Made by a program: the position numbers and the translations under genes
Part shown: in pieces, positions 27,182 to 36,676 of the stretch
How positions within the stretch are numbered: the first letter of the stretch is position 1
Layout of the letters: every line of letters begins with the position of its first letter
Notes under the pieces: generated by a model
Told to the model about the DNA's origin: nothing
What the model saw: only the letters and a program-made list of their open reading frames with translations
Databases searched by the model: none
DNA from: a bacterium
GTDB taxonomy: Bacteria > UBA8248
DNA length: 64,000 nt
Reading direction: 5' to 3'
Assembly: GCA_963692865.2 (NCBI GenBank)
Contig: OY843592.1
Location: 352,001 to 416,000 of the forward strand

Positions 27182-28948
27182 TCACGACCTTTGGCCGGGA
27201 ACCGCCCCGGGCGGTTCCACGCGGACCGTCACGATATCCGTGCCGTGGTATTGCTGATGGCGGACCGAGGACGCGAGATGACGCAGCAGCCGGAGCGACA
27301 CTTCCCGTTCGATCAAATCTCCGGCGCTCGCCTCGCCGAGCAGCGCAATCCGGTCCTGAAGGTTCTCCTCGCCTTTCGAGGCGACGAACTCGAGGACCGC
27401 GCCGCCGTCCTCGCTGCGCGCGACGAGGAGCAGCCGACGCCGCTCGGGTTCTTCACCGGCCTCCTCCTGGTCCAGGAGCGTCAGCAGCGTCTCCTCGCCG
27501 GCGGCGTCCAGGCGGGCCGCCATGGCTTCACCCCAGCCGCTTCGCGACGCGAATGCGCCGATGAACTCCCGGATTTCGCCCAAGGCCGAAAGATCGCATT
27601 CCACCTCGATCCGGCTGGGCCGGGGTTTCGTCAGTTCCATGAGCGCGGTCATGGCGATGGCCGTGAGACCTCCGGCCATCATCCCGTTTTGCAGAAGGCC
27701 GCCCGCGAAGCCCGATACGTGCTCGGGGAAAATCGCGCCGTTCTGGAAGCCTACGCCGACCCAGAACGAGATTCCGGCGATCAGGCCGCCCCGATAGTCG
27801 AGCCCGCCCTGAAGGATCACCTTCGTGCCGATGATGAAGATTCCCGCCATCGTGATGGTGATGAACGCCGCGACGACCGGACCCGGTATGGCGAGCACCA
27901 CGGCGAGCGCTTTCGGAAGACACGCCAGGGTGATGAGCACCCCTCCGAGCGCGATTCCGACGTAGCGGGAACTGACCCCGGTGATCTCGATCATCGCCGC
28001 GCCGTTGGGACGCAGCGCGATCGGCATCGTACCCGCCAGACCGGTCAGCAGATGGCCCACCCCGTCCGCGGCGACCGCGCCCTGGACCGTCCGGAAATCC
28101 ACGGCCCGGGGTTCGGCCCAGGATACGTGCTGGTTCGCGACGGAGCCGCTGATGGTCTGAATCGTGCAGATCAGGGCGATGAACAAAAACGCCGGAAGCA
28201 GGGCCCAGAAGGCGGGCCCGAAATCGAGAACGAAACCCGGCCATTCGGCCCCCGGAACCCCGATCCACGAAGCCCGGGCGATGAGATCGACGTCGTAGAG
28301 GCCGAAGGCGCCCGAGACCGCCGAGCCGGCGACGATCCCGATGACCGGCGCCCACAGGCGCAGCGTCGCTCTCCCCTTCAGCACGATGCAGGCGACGACG
28401 AGCAGGGTCGTGGACGCGCACAGGGGAGCGGCCAGCGGCGGCGTCCCCTCCGGCACGTTCGTCAATTGTTCGAAGATGTGCGGCATCACCGTAACCGGCG
28501 TCAGCATGATGACCGTCCCGGTCACGGTCGGGGTCAGGATGCGGCGGAACAGGGAGAGTCGTGCGGAAAACGCGAACTGGCACAGAGCCAGGGTAAAGAC
28601 CATGGCGGCGAGCAGCGAGGGACCGCCCGCCTTGAGCGCGGCGATGCTGACGGCGATGGCGGCCCCGGCCGTTCCCATCGGATGGATATAGCCCGTGCCC
28701 AGGCGACCGACCCGCAGCGATTGCAGCATCGAGGTCAGGCCGCAGATCATGACCGAGGCGAACACGGCCCAGAGGACAACCGCCTCGGACTGGCCGGCCG
28801 CCCGGAACACGATCGTCGGAATCAGCACGATACCCGGCAGCACGAGGCCGACGAGTTGAATGGCGAGACCCAGTGTGAGCGGCGCGGGGATTTTTCCGTC
28901 GGGATGGAGGCGTTCTCCGGAGCGTTGGTCGGAATTGTCGGTCCCCAT
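27182..28948 (-). CDS. NCS2 (xanthine/uracil) family permease fused to a C-terminal degenerate RsbW-like (HATPase_c_2) domain
   Basis: LQSLRVGRLGTGY, LTPTVTGTVI, GAVAADG, ITGVSSRYVG and IPGPV NCS2 motifs, followed by a soluble tail of about 145 aa. Confidence 0.8.
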   Translation of the reverse strand: MGTDNSDQRSGERLHPDGKIPAPLTLGLAIQLVGLVLPGIVLIPTIVFRAAGQSEAVVLWAVFASVMICGLTSMLQSLRVGRLGTGYIHPMGTAGAAIAVSIAALKAGGPSLLAAMVFTLALCQFAFSARLSLFRRILTPTVTGTVIMLTPVTVMPHIFEQLTNVPEGTPPLAAPLCASTTLLVVACIVLKGRATLRLWAPVIGIVAGSAVSGAFGLYDVDLIARASWIGVPGAEWPGFVLDFGPAFWALLPAFLFIALICTIQTISGSVANQHVSWAEPRAVDFRTVQGAVAADGVGHLLTGLAGTMPIALRPNGAAMIEITGVSSRYVGIALGGVLITLACLPKALAVVLAIPGPVVAAFITITMAGIFIIGTKVILQGGLDYRGGLIAGISFWVGVGFQNGAIFPEHVSGFAGGLLQNGMMAGGLTAIAMTALMELTKPRPSRIEVECDLSALGEIREFIGAFASRSGWGEAMAARLDAAGEETLLTLLDQEEAGEEPERRRLLLVARSEDGGAVLEFVASKGEENLQDRIALLGEASAGDLIEREVSLRLLRHLASSVRHQQYHGTDIVTVRVEPPGAVPGQRS

Positions 28949-29039
28949 GCCGTGGCCCCCAAGCCTGCGGTAATGTCCAGGGCGGCCGCCGCCCGCTTTG
29001 TGTCGAGGCATCCTCGCACACCCGTCCTTGGTTCTCAAG

Positions 29040-29892
29040 AAAAACCACCCCTCGGGACTGCCCAAAAACCCCTCGTCGGGGGGGCGTCCTTTTGCTTTCG
29101 CCGGAATGACGGGCGTAGGGGCGACCCCCTGTGGCCGCCTTTTTCGGACAGGCACAGGGGCCTGTCCCTACGGGTCAACCCGACTGAGGATGGGTTGTTG
29201 AAAAAGGCCGCGCCGGTCGGGATTGACCCGCCTCGCGGCACCGGGCTTTTCAACTGCCCCCTAAGCGGGGAGACCCCATAAAGGCAACCCCCCCTACCCC
29301 CCTTGTCGGGGCTGTTGAAAAAGTCCTGATGAACGAATGTTTCACCTGACCGGGGAGGAACGGTTTTTGTAGGGGCCGCATATCATGCGGCCCGCCTTGT
29401 GGAGGCGAAAATCAGGGTCGCATGATATGTCAGACATATATGTCTGACCTACAAACAAATTGTCTCTCTCCGGCTTTTTCAACAACCCCTTGTCAGGGGG
29501 TATAAAAAGGCGATACGCCTTGCCGAGTCAGGGGGGCGGTGAAAAAGGCGAGGTTCCCCCGCCGGATAGAGGGGGCTTTGCTTTTTCTTACCCCCTGACA
29601 AGGGCCTGTTGAAAAAGCCCGATGCGGCGCAATCCCCCTCCTCGTCCTGTGCAACCCACCGTTTCGCCTCACCCTGAGTAGCGGCGAAGCCGCGTATCGA
29701 AGGGCGAAATTAGCGCCCGCCGGAGAGATGCGCCCTCCATCCTTCGATACGCCGCCTCCGGCGGCTGCGCAGGATGAGGCAAAGGGGGTTTTTCAACAGC
29801 CCCGACAAGGGGGGGTTGGTTTTCTCTCTTTGCCAGGGGGTAACGGGTAACAGCGATGACCTGCGCCAAGGGCTTTTTCAACAGTTCCCCCT
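29040..29892. repeat. Large nested intergenic repeat cluster
   Basis: Three paired GTTGAAAAA/TTTTCAAC units (about 29192-29260, 29308-29489, 29602-29803), an unpaired end near 29871-29885, GTAG REP-like hairpins and the CCCCCCTTGTCAGGGGG palindrome. Confidence 0.8.
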
Positions 29893-29936
29893 CGTCAGGG
29901 ATGTTCCGGGGCGCCTCGAACCGGATCGAGGAAGCG

Positions 29937-31253
29937 CTAGAACAGACCCATGACCCAGAGGCAGGTTGCGGGCGCGAACAGGATGATCGCCAGGAGAACG
30001 AAGCCGCTCAGCAGGAACGGGACGATGCCTCGGAATGACTCGCCGAGCGGGATGCCCTCGGCCAGCGAGTTGATGACGTAGACGTTGAGGCCGATTGGCG
30101 GAGTGATCAGGCCGATCTCGACGACGATCAGGACCAGAATCCCGAACCAGATGGCGATCTCCTCCTCCGTATAGCCGAAGTCGAGTCCGGTCACCAACGG
30201 AAAGAAGACGGGCACCGTCAGCAGGATCATGGCCAGACTGTCCATCACGCAGCCGAGGATCAGGTAGACGAGCAGTATGCCGATCAGGATCGACATCGGC
30301 GCCAGTCCCGACGCCGCCAGCGCATCGGCCAGCTCGGTCGTGACCCGCGACAGCGCGAGGAAGCCGTTGAAGACCTCGGCGCTGATGAGGATGAGGAAGA
30401 TCATCGCGGTGGCTTGCGCGGTCTCGAGCAGACTCGATACGAAGGCCGCCCGGCTCAACCGGCCCGACGCAATCGCCGCCAGGGCGATAGCCGCAGCCCC
30501 GATGGCGGCGGCCTCGGTCGGGGTGAACACCCCGAAGTAGATCCCGCCGATGACCGACAGGAAGATGACCGCCACCGGCGTTACCGCGATCAGGCTGCGC
30601 AGGCGTTCCCTGAACGGCGCGGCCGGTATGACCGGACCCGCCTCGGGCTTCAGCCGGACGTACACGCCAATCGCGATCGAGTAGCCGAGCGTCGCGATGA
30701 TTCCCGGTACCAGCGCGGCCAGGAACAGCTTGCCGATGGACTGCTCCGTGATGACGCCGTAGATCACCAGGATCAGCGACGGCGGAATCAGGATGCCCAG
30801 CGTTCCGCCGGCGGCCAGCGTACCCGTAGCCAGCGCTCCGGAATAACCCGAGCGCCTCATCTCGGGCAGCGCCACCGTGGTCATCGTCGCTCCGGTCGCG
30901 ACCGAGGACCCGCAGATGGAGCCGAACGCGGCGCACCCGCAGATTGTCGAGATGGCCAGCCCGCCGCGGCGATGCCCCACCCAGGCGCGGGCCGAGTCGA
31001 ACAGGGATCGGCTGAGCCCGGACCGGGTCGCCAACTGGCCCATCAACAGGAACAACGGCACCACCGAAAGCGTGTAGCTCGATACCCTGCCGAACGGCGC
31101 CGTGTTCAGCAGGTTGAGGAACGCCGACCATCCCGCGATGGAGGCGAAGCCGAAGCCGCCGACCGCGAACATCGCCACCGCGACCGGCATCCTCAGAGCG
31201 ATCAGCGCCAGACAGACGCCGAACAGGAGCCCGCCGTACTCGATGTTCGTCAT
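29937..31253 (-). CDS. dctM: TRAP transporter large permease
   Basis: AAGGTLGILIPPS, GVFTPTEAAAIG, EIGLITPPIGLNVYV. Confidence 0.93.
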   Translation of the reverse strand: MTNIEYGGLLFGVCLALIALRMPVAVAMFAVGGFGFASIAGWSAFLNLLNTAPFGRVSSYTLSVVPLFLLMGQLATRSGLSRSLFDSARAWVGHRRGGLAISTICGCAAFGSICGSSVATGATMTTVALPEMRRSGYSGALATGTLAAGGTLGILIPPSLILVIYGVITEQSIGKLFLAALVPGIIATLGYSIAIGVYVRLKPEAGPVIPAAPFRERLRSLIAVTPVAVIFLSVIGGIYFGVFTPTEAAAIGAAAIALAAIASGRLSRAAFVSSLLETAQATAMIFLILISAEVFNGFLALSRVTTELADALAASGLAPMSILIGILLVYLILGCVMDSLAMILLTVPVFFPLVTGLDFGYTEEEIAIWFGILVLIVVEIGLITPPIGLNVYVINSLAEGIPLGESFRGIVPFLLSGFVLLAIILFAPATCLWVMGLF

Positions 31254-31810
31254 CGCCTGAGGGCATGCAGGCGGCGGCAGGCCACCAGAGCGCAGACCAC
31301 GGTCAGCAACACAGCGCCGAGCAGCGCAGGGAAGTACGCCCAGTGGAGCGGAATGGCGAGAAAGAGCGTCGTCTCGCCGTCAATGAACTTGCGCGCGCCG
31401 CCGACGGACAAGCGCCATGTGATCAAGCCGGCAACTATCGTGAAGGCGCAATTGTGCGCCGCCTCCAATGCCGCCTTGTGGCGCGGGCGCATTTTCTCGG
31501 TGAAGAACTCTACGACGATGTTGCCGTTCCTGGCGTGGCAATAGGGCAAGAAAGCGAACACCGCGACCCCGCAAGCGAGTTCGGTGATCTCGTAGTCGCC
31601 GGGTATCGGAGCGTTGAAGAGGTAGCGTCCGAATACGCTGATCACGGTCATGGCCATGACCCCGATCAGCAGCGCCCCTCCCGCAAGCGCGGCTCCGCGG
31701 CTCAGCCAATCCAGACCGGCTCCGGTGGTGTACTCCGATGAGGAGGGCGCCGGGCTGTGAGGCGTGGTTCCCGCCTCCTTGTCCGTTACCGGCTTACCGG
31801 CGCGGCTCAT
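31250..31810 (-). CDS. dctQ: TRAP transporter small permease
   Basis: Four TM segments, VFGRYLFNAPIPGDYEITE, NIVVEFF. The start codon is uncertain. Confidence 0.88.
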   Translation of the reverse strand: MSRAGKPVTDKEAGTTPHSPAPSSSEYTTGAGLDWLSRGAALAGGALLIGVMAMTVISVFGRYLFNAPIPGDYEITELACGVAVFAFLPYCHARNGNIVVEFFTEKMRPRHKAALEAAHNCAFTIVAGLITWRLSVGGARKFIDGETTLFLAIPLHWAYFPALLGAVLLTVVCALVACRRLHALRR

Positions 31811-32843
31811 TGCTGTACTTGGCGACCAGACGCCTGGCGTCGGCAAGCATGGCCTCCCCGTCATGCCCCATGGCTTTGACCTTTTGGACCCAGCTGTCGA
31901 TCACCGGACGGGTGGCCGCCCTCCAGCGCTCGCGCTCCGCTTCGGTGAGCGAAACGATCGAATGGCCCCGCTTCAGGGCGATCGCGCGGCCGGGCTTCTC
32001 GTCGTCCTGCCACAACCGGCCGAGTCGTTTGGCCAGCGCGATTCCCGTGGTCTCGTCGATAATCGTCCTGATTTTCGCGGGCAACCCGTCGTAGCGGGCC
32101 TTGTTCATCGTCATCAGGAACAGGACGCAGGACAGGGACACCTCGGTGTGGTATTTCGTCACTTCGTGGAGGCGGAAGGGCCGCATGATGGTCCACGGGA
32201 GCCAGGCCCCTTCCACCACGCCCCTTGAGAGCGCCTCGTAGACCCTCGGCACCGGCATGCCGACCGGGGTGGCGCCGAGGGCCTTGAGCATCGCCGCGCT
32301 GGCCCGCGAAGGGGCGCGCATCTTCACGCCTTTCAGGTCTTCGAGCGTACGAACCTGCTTCTCGGCCAGGTGGATCTGGCCGGGCGCTGCGGTGTGAAAC
32401 ACGAGGGGTCGGGTGTCCTTGTATTCATCCCGCAGCCACTTGCGGTGGAAACGGGTCAACGCCTGGCTGGTCGCTTCCGCGTCCCCGCATACGAAGGGCA
32501 GTTCGAAGACCTCGGTCAATGGAAACCGCCCCGCCGAGTAGCCGGGCAGGGTCCAGATGATATCGACCACCCCGTCGCGCGCCTGCCCGTAGAGATGCGA
32601 CGGCTTGCCGCCGAGCTGCATCGACGGAAACACCTCGACTTTGACCCGGCCCCCGGACCTCTTCTCGACCTCCCGGGCCCATGGCCGCAAAAACAGGCGA
32701 ACGGCGATCGCTTTCGGTGGGTTGAAAGTGTGCACCCGAAGCGTGATCGGTTCCGCGGCGGCGCCGTTCAGGAAGCCGAAGAATACGCCCGCAGCGAGCA
32801 ATGCGGACAAGGCATGGGCAAAGGCTCTGCGAATCACATCCAT
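31794..32843 (-). CDS. dctP: TRAP transporter substrate-binding protein
   Basis: Signal peptide, SGGRVKVEVFPSMQLG, FELPF, LEDLKGVKMR, YEALSRGVVEG. Confidence 0.92.
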   Translation of the reverse strand: MDVIRRAFAHALSALLAAGVFFGFLNGAAAEPITLRVHTFNPPKAIAVRLFLRPWAREVEKRSGGRVKVEVFPSMQLGGKPSHLYGQARDGVVDIIWTLPGYSAGRFPLTEVFELPFVCGDAEATSQALTRFHRKWLRDEYKDTRPLVFHTAAPGQIHLAEKQVRTLEDLKGVKMRAPSRASAAMLKALGATPVGMPVPRVYEALSRGVVEGAWLPWTIMRPFRLHEVTKYHTEVSLSCVLFLMTMNKARYDGLPAKIRTIIDETTGIALAKRLGRLWQDDEKPGRAIALKRGHSIVSLTEAERERWRAATRPVIDSWVQKVKAMGHDGEAMLADARRLVAKYSNEPRR

Positions 32844-33249
32844 CCGATGTCCCCCATGAAGCCGGGTATGTCTCGACGCGACGCGGGAGAATCCGCACGG
32901 TCAACTCATCATGGCAACTGCCGGTCCTGATCGGGTGATCAGGTTGGAATGTTAGTTTATGTTCGACATCGACTCAAGAAAAATCGAGACGGCACCCGAG
33001 AGGACACTCCGGCGCATCGCTTCGCAGACGGACATCCGCCCGGCGGGCGAACTTCTGCGCCACGGCCCGGAAACCGGCAATGGCCGGCGACAGGCATCCA
33101 CATATCCACTCCCTGGGAGCGGGCTTTGTCAGAGGCGTTCGGGCGACACGGTTCGGTTGGTGGGAGGTTCGTAAATTCGCTCTTGGCCGACTCGTAGGGA
33201 CCGTTCGACGGCAAGACGGCTCGACCCGACCTTGAAGGTGAAAGGAACC

Positions 33250-33339
33250 GTAGGGACAGGCCCCCGTGCCTGTCCTATGGAGGACAACCACGGGGCAGGA
33301 CAACCCCGAGGAGGGGTTGTCCCTGCAATTACGGCATCC
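33250..33339 (+). repeat. GTAG REP-like composite, direct repeat copy A
   Basis: GTAGGGACAGGCCCCCGTGCCTGTCCTA...GGACAACCACGGGG...GGTTGTCCCT...ATTACGGCATCC. Matches 33793-33864. Confidence 0.8.
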
Positions 33340-33644
33340 TATGCGCCCCTCGCTTCGAGCGTCGGTATCCCGCTCACGTCCACCGTGCGTTCGGCGCGCG
33401 CCAGATCGTAGTTGCGCTGGAGGTTGAGCCAGAAACCCGAGCCGTTGCCGAAGAGCTTGCCGAAACGAACCGCCATCTCGGCAGTGACCGGCTGCTTCTC
33501 CTTCAGGATGTCGTAGAGCGTCTGCCGGGATATGCCGAGGGCCGCGGCCACCGCCGTCTTGCTGACGCCCAGGGCGGGCAGGACGTCCTCGCGCAGGATT
33601 TCCCCCGGATGCGCCGGGTCGATGGAAGGGTGTCTCTCGATCAT
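33339..33644 (-). CDS. higA: HigA-family HTH antitoxin
   Basis: HPGEILREDVL, LGISRQTL, VTAEMAVRFGKLFG, FWLNLQRNYDL. Confidence 0.9.
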   Translation of the reverse strand: MIERHPSIDPAHPGEILREDVLPALGVSKTAVAAALGISRQTLYDILKEKQPVTAEMAVRFGKLFGNGSGFWLNLQRNYDLARAERTVDVSGIPTLEARGA

Positions 33645-33757
33645 CAGTGGCAGTCCTCGATGTCGACGTCCTTTGCGCCGTCGTCGTCCCACCCGAAAGT
33701 GACGCGCATGTTGGCGCTCAGGCGAACGGCGTAGCGCCCCGCCATATCGCCTTGAGG
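33644..33757 (-). pseudogene. higB: C-terminal remnant of a HigB (RelE-like) toxin
   Basis: Reads GDMAGRYAVRLSANMRVTFGWDDDGAKDVDIEDCH*, matching HigB C-termini. Its stop overlaps the higA start (TGATG). The N-terminal half is missing. Confidence 0.75.
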
Positions 33758-33792
33758 GTCAATTCCGACCAAGGCGGGAGGGGTTTTCAATT

Positions 33793-33864
33793 GTAGGGAC
33801 AGGCCCCTGTGCCTGTCCTATAGGGGACAACCACGGGGGGGTTGTCCCTACCATTACCGCATCC
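33793..33864 (+). repeat. GTAG REP-like composite, direct repeat copy B
   Basis: GTAGGGACAGGCCCCTGTGCCTGTCCTA...GGACAACCACGGGGGGGTTGTCCCTACCATTACCGCATCC. Confidence 0.8.
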
Positions 33865-34053
33865 CAGGCACCCCTCGTCCGTCCTCTCGTCCAATCATCC
33901 CGCAGGCCCTTGTGTCGAATGCTCCCGATCATGGATAAAAGCTAACCACAGCGGCAGGAATTGTCAAGTAATAGCTTACAAAACTTTCGTGCCGCAAAGC
34001 GCCCGAACACGGGGCAGTCCCTGCGAAAGAGAAAAACGCACATCACCTCGCCC

Positions 34054-34911
34054 CTAAAACTTCCTGAGCGGCGTCGCCTCCCGGTCGAAAAGCGCACGTC
34101 TTGCGACGTTCCAGATTTCGAAATGTGTCTTGCGAAGCGTCTCGGGCGAAGCCGCGAGCCAGCGGACAAGCGCGCCGGGGCCGGAGAGCCGCGTGCAGCC
34201 GCCGGCCAGGCCGGAAGCTCCCGCCAGCAGGGCGTCGACCTGCCCGGCAATGAGGTCCAACTCCGCATCCGTCCCGCCTGCCACGTAGAAAGAACCGAGA
34301 TAAGGATAAGGCTCGAAAAGGCCGAGGCGTTCGGGGTTCGATTCTCCGGGCCGCACCTCCATCACGTCGCGCAGGAGCGGCGCGCCCGCGTAGTCGACAT
34401 GCAGCTTTATGTTCAAGGACGTGTAATCAAAATGCTCGCCCGAGGCGACGCGGCCGTGATAGAGCGACTCCCCGTAGAGAAGCCGCGCGCCCTCGGCCAT
34501 GGAGATTCGCGTCTCCTGCGCGTAGATGGAATCGGCATAGGGGATGACGGGGTCGGGCAGGAGTTCGAGGCCGCTTCCCGCGCCCATCTCGATGTGCGTG
34601 GTCGAAACCACCGGCTCGCCCAGGCTCTTGTAGACCTTGGTGGCTCCCTGCGTCGTCCACAGGACGCGCGCGCCTTCATCGAGCGCGATTTCGAGTTCGA
34701 GCACGTCGCCGCCCACGTGCCCGCCCGTCGGGTTGATGAGCGTCAGGTGGGCGGGCGCCTCCCCCTCGGGATAATTGGGGCGCATCACCTGAAGCGGCAC
34801 GCGGAAGAACGAATCCGCGAGGTACGTCCGGCCGCCCGCGCGCGCGAACCGGGCGAGGGCGACGCCGTGGCGTCCCACGCGGGAGGGCGCGGAGGCGCCG
34901 GCGGGCGGCAT
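34054..34911 (-). CDS. ureD: Urease accessory protein UreD/UreH
   Basis: LINPTGGHVGGD, TTQGATKVYKS, LPDPVIPY. Last gene of the urease operon. Confidence 0.9.
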   Translation of the reverse strand: MPPAGASAPSRVGRHGVALARFARAGGRTYLADSFFRVPLQVMRPNYPEGEAPAHLTLINPTGGHVGGDVLELEIALDEGARVLWTTQGATKVYKSLGEPVVSTTHIEMGAGSGLELLPDPVIPYADSIYAQETRISMAEGARLLYGESLYHGRVASGEHFDYTSLNIKLHVDYAGAPLLRDVMEVRPGESNPERLGLFEPYPYLGSFYVAGGTDAELDLIAGQVDALLAGASGLAGGCTRLSGPGALVRWLAASPETLRKTHFEIWNVARRALFDREATPLRKF

Positions 34912-35528
34912 CAGGCCTCCACGAAGAGGAGTTCGCGCTCGATCCAGCCGATCACCTCACCCAAGCCCTGTTCGGCTTTCAGGTTCGTGAACAGGAACGG
35001 GCGTTCGCCGCGCATCTTGCGGGCGTCGCTGTCCATGACTTCGAGACTCGCGCCCACGAGCGGGGCCAGGTCTATCTTGTTGATCAGCAGGAGTTCGGAG
35101 CGCGTGATGCCGGGGCCGCCCTTTCGGGGAATCTTGTCCCCCGCCGACACGTCGATGACGTAGATCGACGCGTCCACGAGCTCGGGGCTGAAGGTGGCCG
35201 CGAGGTTGTCTCCCCCGCTTTCCACGAAAATGATGTCGAGCGGATGGAAATCGCGCGCGAGCAACTCCATGGCTTCGCGGTTGAGCGATATGTCCTCGCG
35301 GATGGCGGTGTGCGGGCACCCGCCCGTCTCCACGCCGGATATCCGCTCGGGCGCGAGCGCGCCGCTTCGCGTCAGGAATTCCGCGTCCTCTTTCGTGTAG
35401 ATGTCGTTCGTCACCACGGCGATGGCGTACCTGTCGCGCATCCGCTTGCACAGCCTGTCCACCAGGGCGGTCTTGCCCGAGCCGACCGGCCCGCCCACGC
35501 CTATCTTTACGGGCGCCTTATCCATCAT
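34911..35528 (-). CDS. ureG: Urease accessory GTPase UreG
   Basis: [36 protein letters not shown]. Confidence 0.97.
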   Translation of the reverse strand: MMDKAPVKIGVGGPVGSGKTALVDRLCKRMRDRYAIAVVTNDIYTKEDAEFLTRSGALAPERISGVETGGCPHTAIREDISLNREAMELLARDFHPLDIIFVESGGDNLAATFSPELVDASIYVIDVSAGDKIPRKGGPGITRSELLLINKIDLAPLVGASLEVMDSDARKMRGERPFLFTNLKAEQGLGEVIGWIERELLFVEA

Positions 35529-35539
35529 CGTCCTCCTCC

Positions 35540-36220
35540 TCAAGAAACGAACAAGCGCGTGTGAAGCCTCCGGTGCGTCACGGCCCTTATCTCGTGCCCC
35601 GGCCCCCAGGAGTGCGCGTCCTCCAAAGGGAGCGCCGCCGCTGTCTCGACCGCCTCGCGCACCGCGCCCTCCAGATTCGAGATGACGCGCTGGCCCTCGG
35701 TCTGGCCGAGCGGAACCAGCCGCACGGCGGCGGAGACCAGGCCGGAGACGGCGCCGTAACAGAGCGATTCGAGGCCCTCTTCACAAGCCAGCCCTAAAGA
35801 TTCTGCGACGCAGCCGAGCACGATCGGATAGTGCGCGCTAACCTGCTCCAGCCTCGCCCGCTCTTCCAACTCGTCCAGAAAAGAATCCTCGATGAATCCC
35901 CGCGCCGTGCGCAGGAACTGGCGCCCCACGCTCCTGCTCGCGTCGCGCAGTGATTTCACGGGCCGCGCGGCGTCATAGGCGGCGTCGAGCGCCATGACTT
36001 TGGGAAGGTCATCCACTTGCTTCGCCAGATAAGCCTCGCGCAGATAGACGCCGTCCAGCGTGGCTACGCCGTGGCGCAGGAGGGAGGCGATGAATTCTTC
36101 AAGCTCCGAAGCCTTGGCGACGGCCCCTTCCGCCACGTAGGTTTCAAGGCCGTAGGAATGGGCGAAGGCGCCGCGCGGAAACGCGGAATCCGATATCTGC
36201 AGGAGCCGGTAGGCGCTCAT
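35540..36220 (-). CDS. ureF: Urease accessory protein UreF
   Basis: [32 protein letters not shown]-terminal RLFVS. Confidence 0.93.
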   Translation of the reverse strand: MSAYRLLQISDSAFPRGAFAHSYGLETYVAEGAVAKASELEEFIASLLRHGVATLDGVYLREAYLAKQVDDLPKVMALDAAYDAARPVKSLRDASRSVGRQFLRTARGFIEDSFLDELEERARLEQVSAHYPIVLGCVAESLGLACEEGLESLCYGAVSGLVSAAVRLVPLGQTEGQRVISNLEGAVREAVETAAALPLEDAHSWGPGHEIRAVTHRRLHTRLFVS

Positions 36221-36223
36221 CTT

Positions 36224-36667
36224 CTAGTGGTGGTGCGAGTGGAAGGCGCCGAAATCGTGCGTGAAGGGCTCTTTCGCCTTCTCGCACCTGACGCCCATCT
36301 TGACGAAATACGCCTCCAGCACGCTGTCGTAGGGCGTGAGAACGCGGCCGTCCTGGACGCAGATCGGCGCGTGGCGGTTTCCCACCTGGTAGCAGAGGCG
36401 GCCCATCTCAAGGGGCGATTCCGCGTAGAGCACCAGCACGTCTTCGGGTATCGCGGCGACGACCACCACGCGCTCCTCATCCTCGAAGAGAACGTCGCCC
36501 TCCTTGAGAGCCTGTCCGGTCGGCAGTTTAACGCCGAGTTCGGCGCCCGAGTCAGTGCGCACGCGCTGGCGGCTCCTGAGCCTGTCCTCCCAGCCCAGGG
36601 CCACGCGCTCGACGCGTCTCGCCTCATCGGCGCGGAGCCTGCCCCGTATCTCTTCGACGAGGATCAT
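36224..36667 (-). CDS. ureE: Urease accessory nickel chaperone UreE
   Basis: LKEGDVL, YQVGNRHAP and a short His tail (HSHHH). Confidence 0.9.
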   Translation of the reverse strand: MILVEEIRGRLRADEARRVERVALGWEDRLRSRQRVRTDSGAELGVKLPTGQALKEGDVLFEDEERVVVVAAIPEDVLVLYAESPLEMGRLCYQVGNRHAPICVQDGRVLTPYDSVLEAYFVKMGVRCEKAKEPFTHDFGAFHSHHH

Positions 36668-36676
36668 CGCCGCCTC

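Noticed and set aside
27191-29281. 696-aa plus-strand ORF and other long Arg/Gly-rich alternate-frame ORFs (e.g. 46168-47955, 59417-60880)
   Set aside because: They are antisense or frame shadows of well-supported genes with low-information composition.
32850-33245. Possible riboswitch or small ORFs upstream of the TRAP operon
   Set aside because: I recognised no riboswitch consensus, the ORFs lack motifs and RBS, and the distal part is REP-derived.
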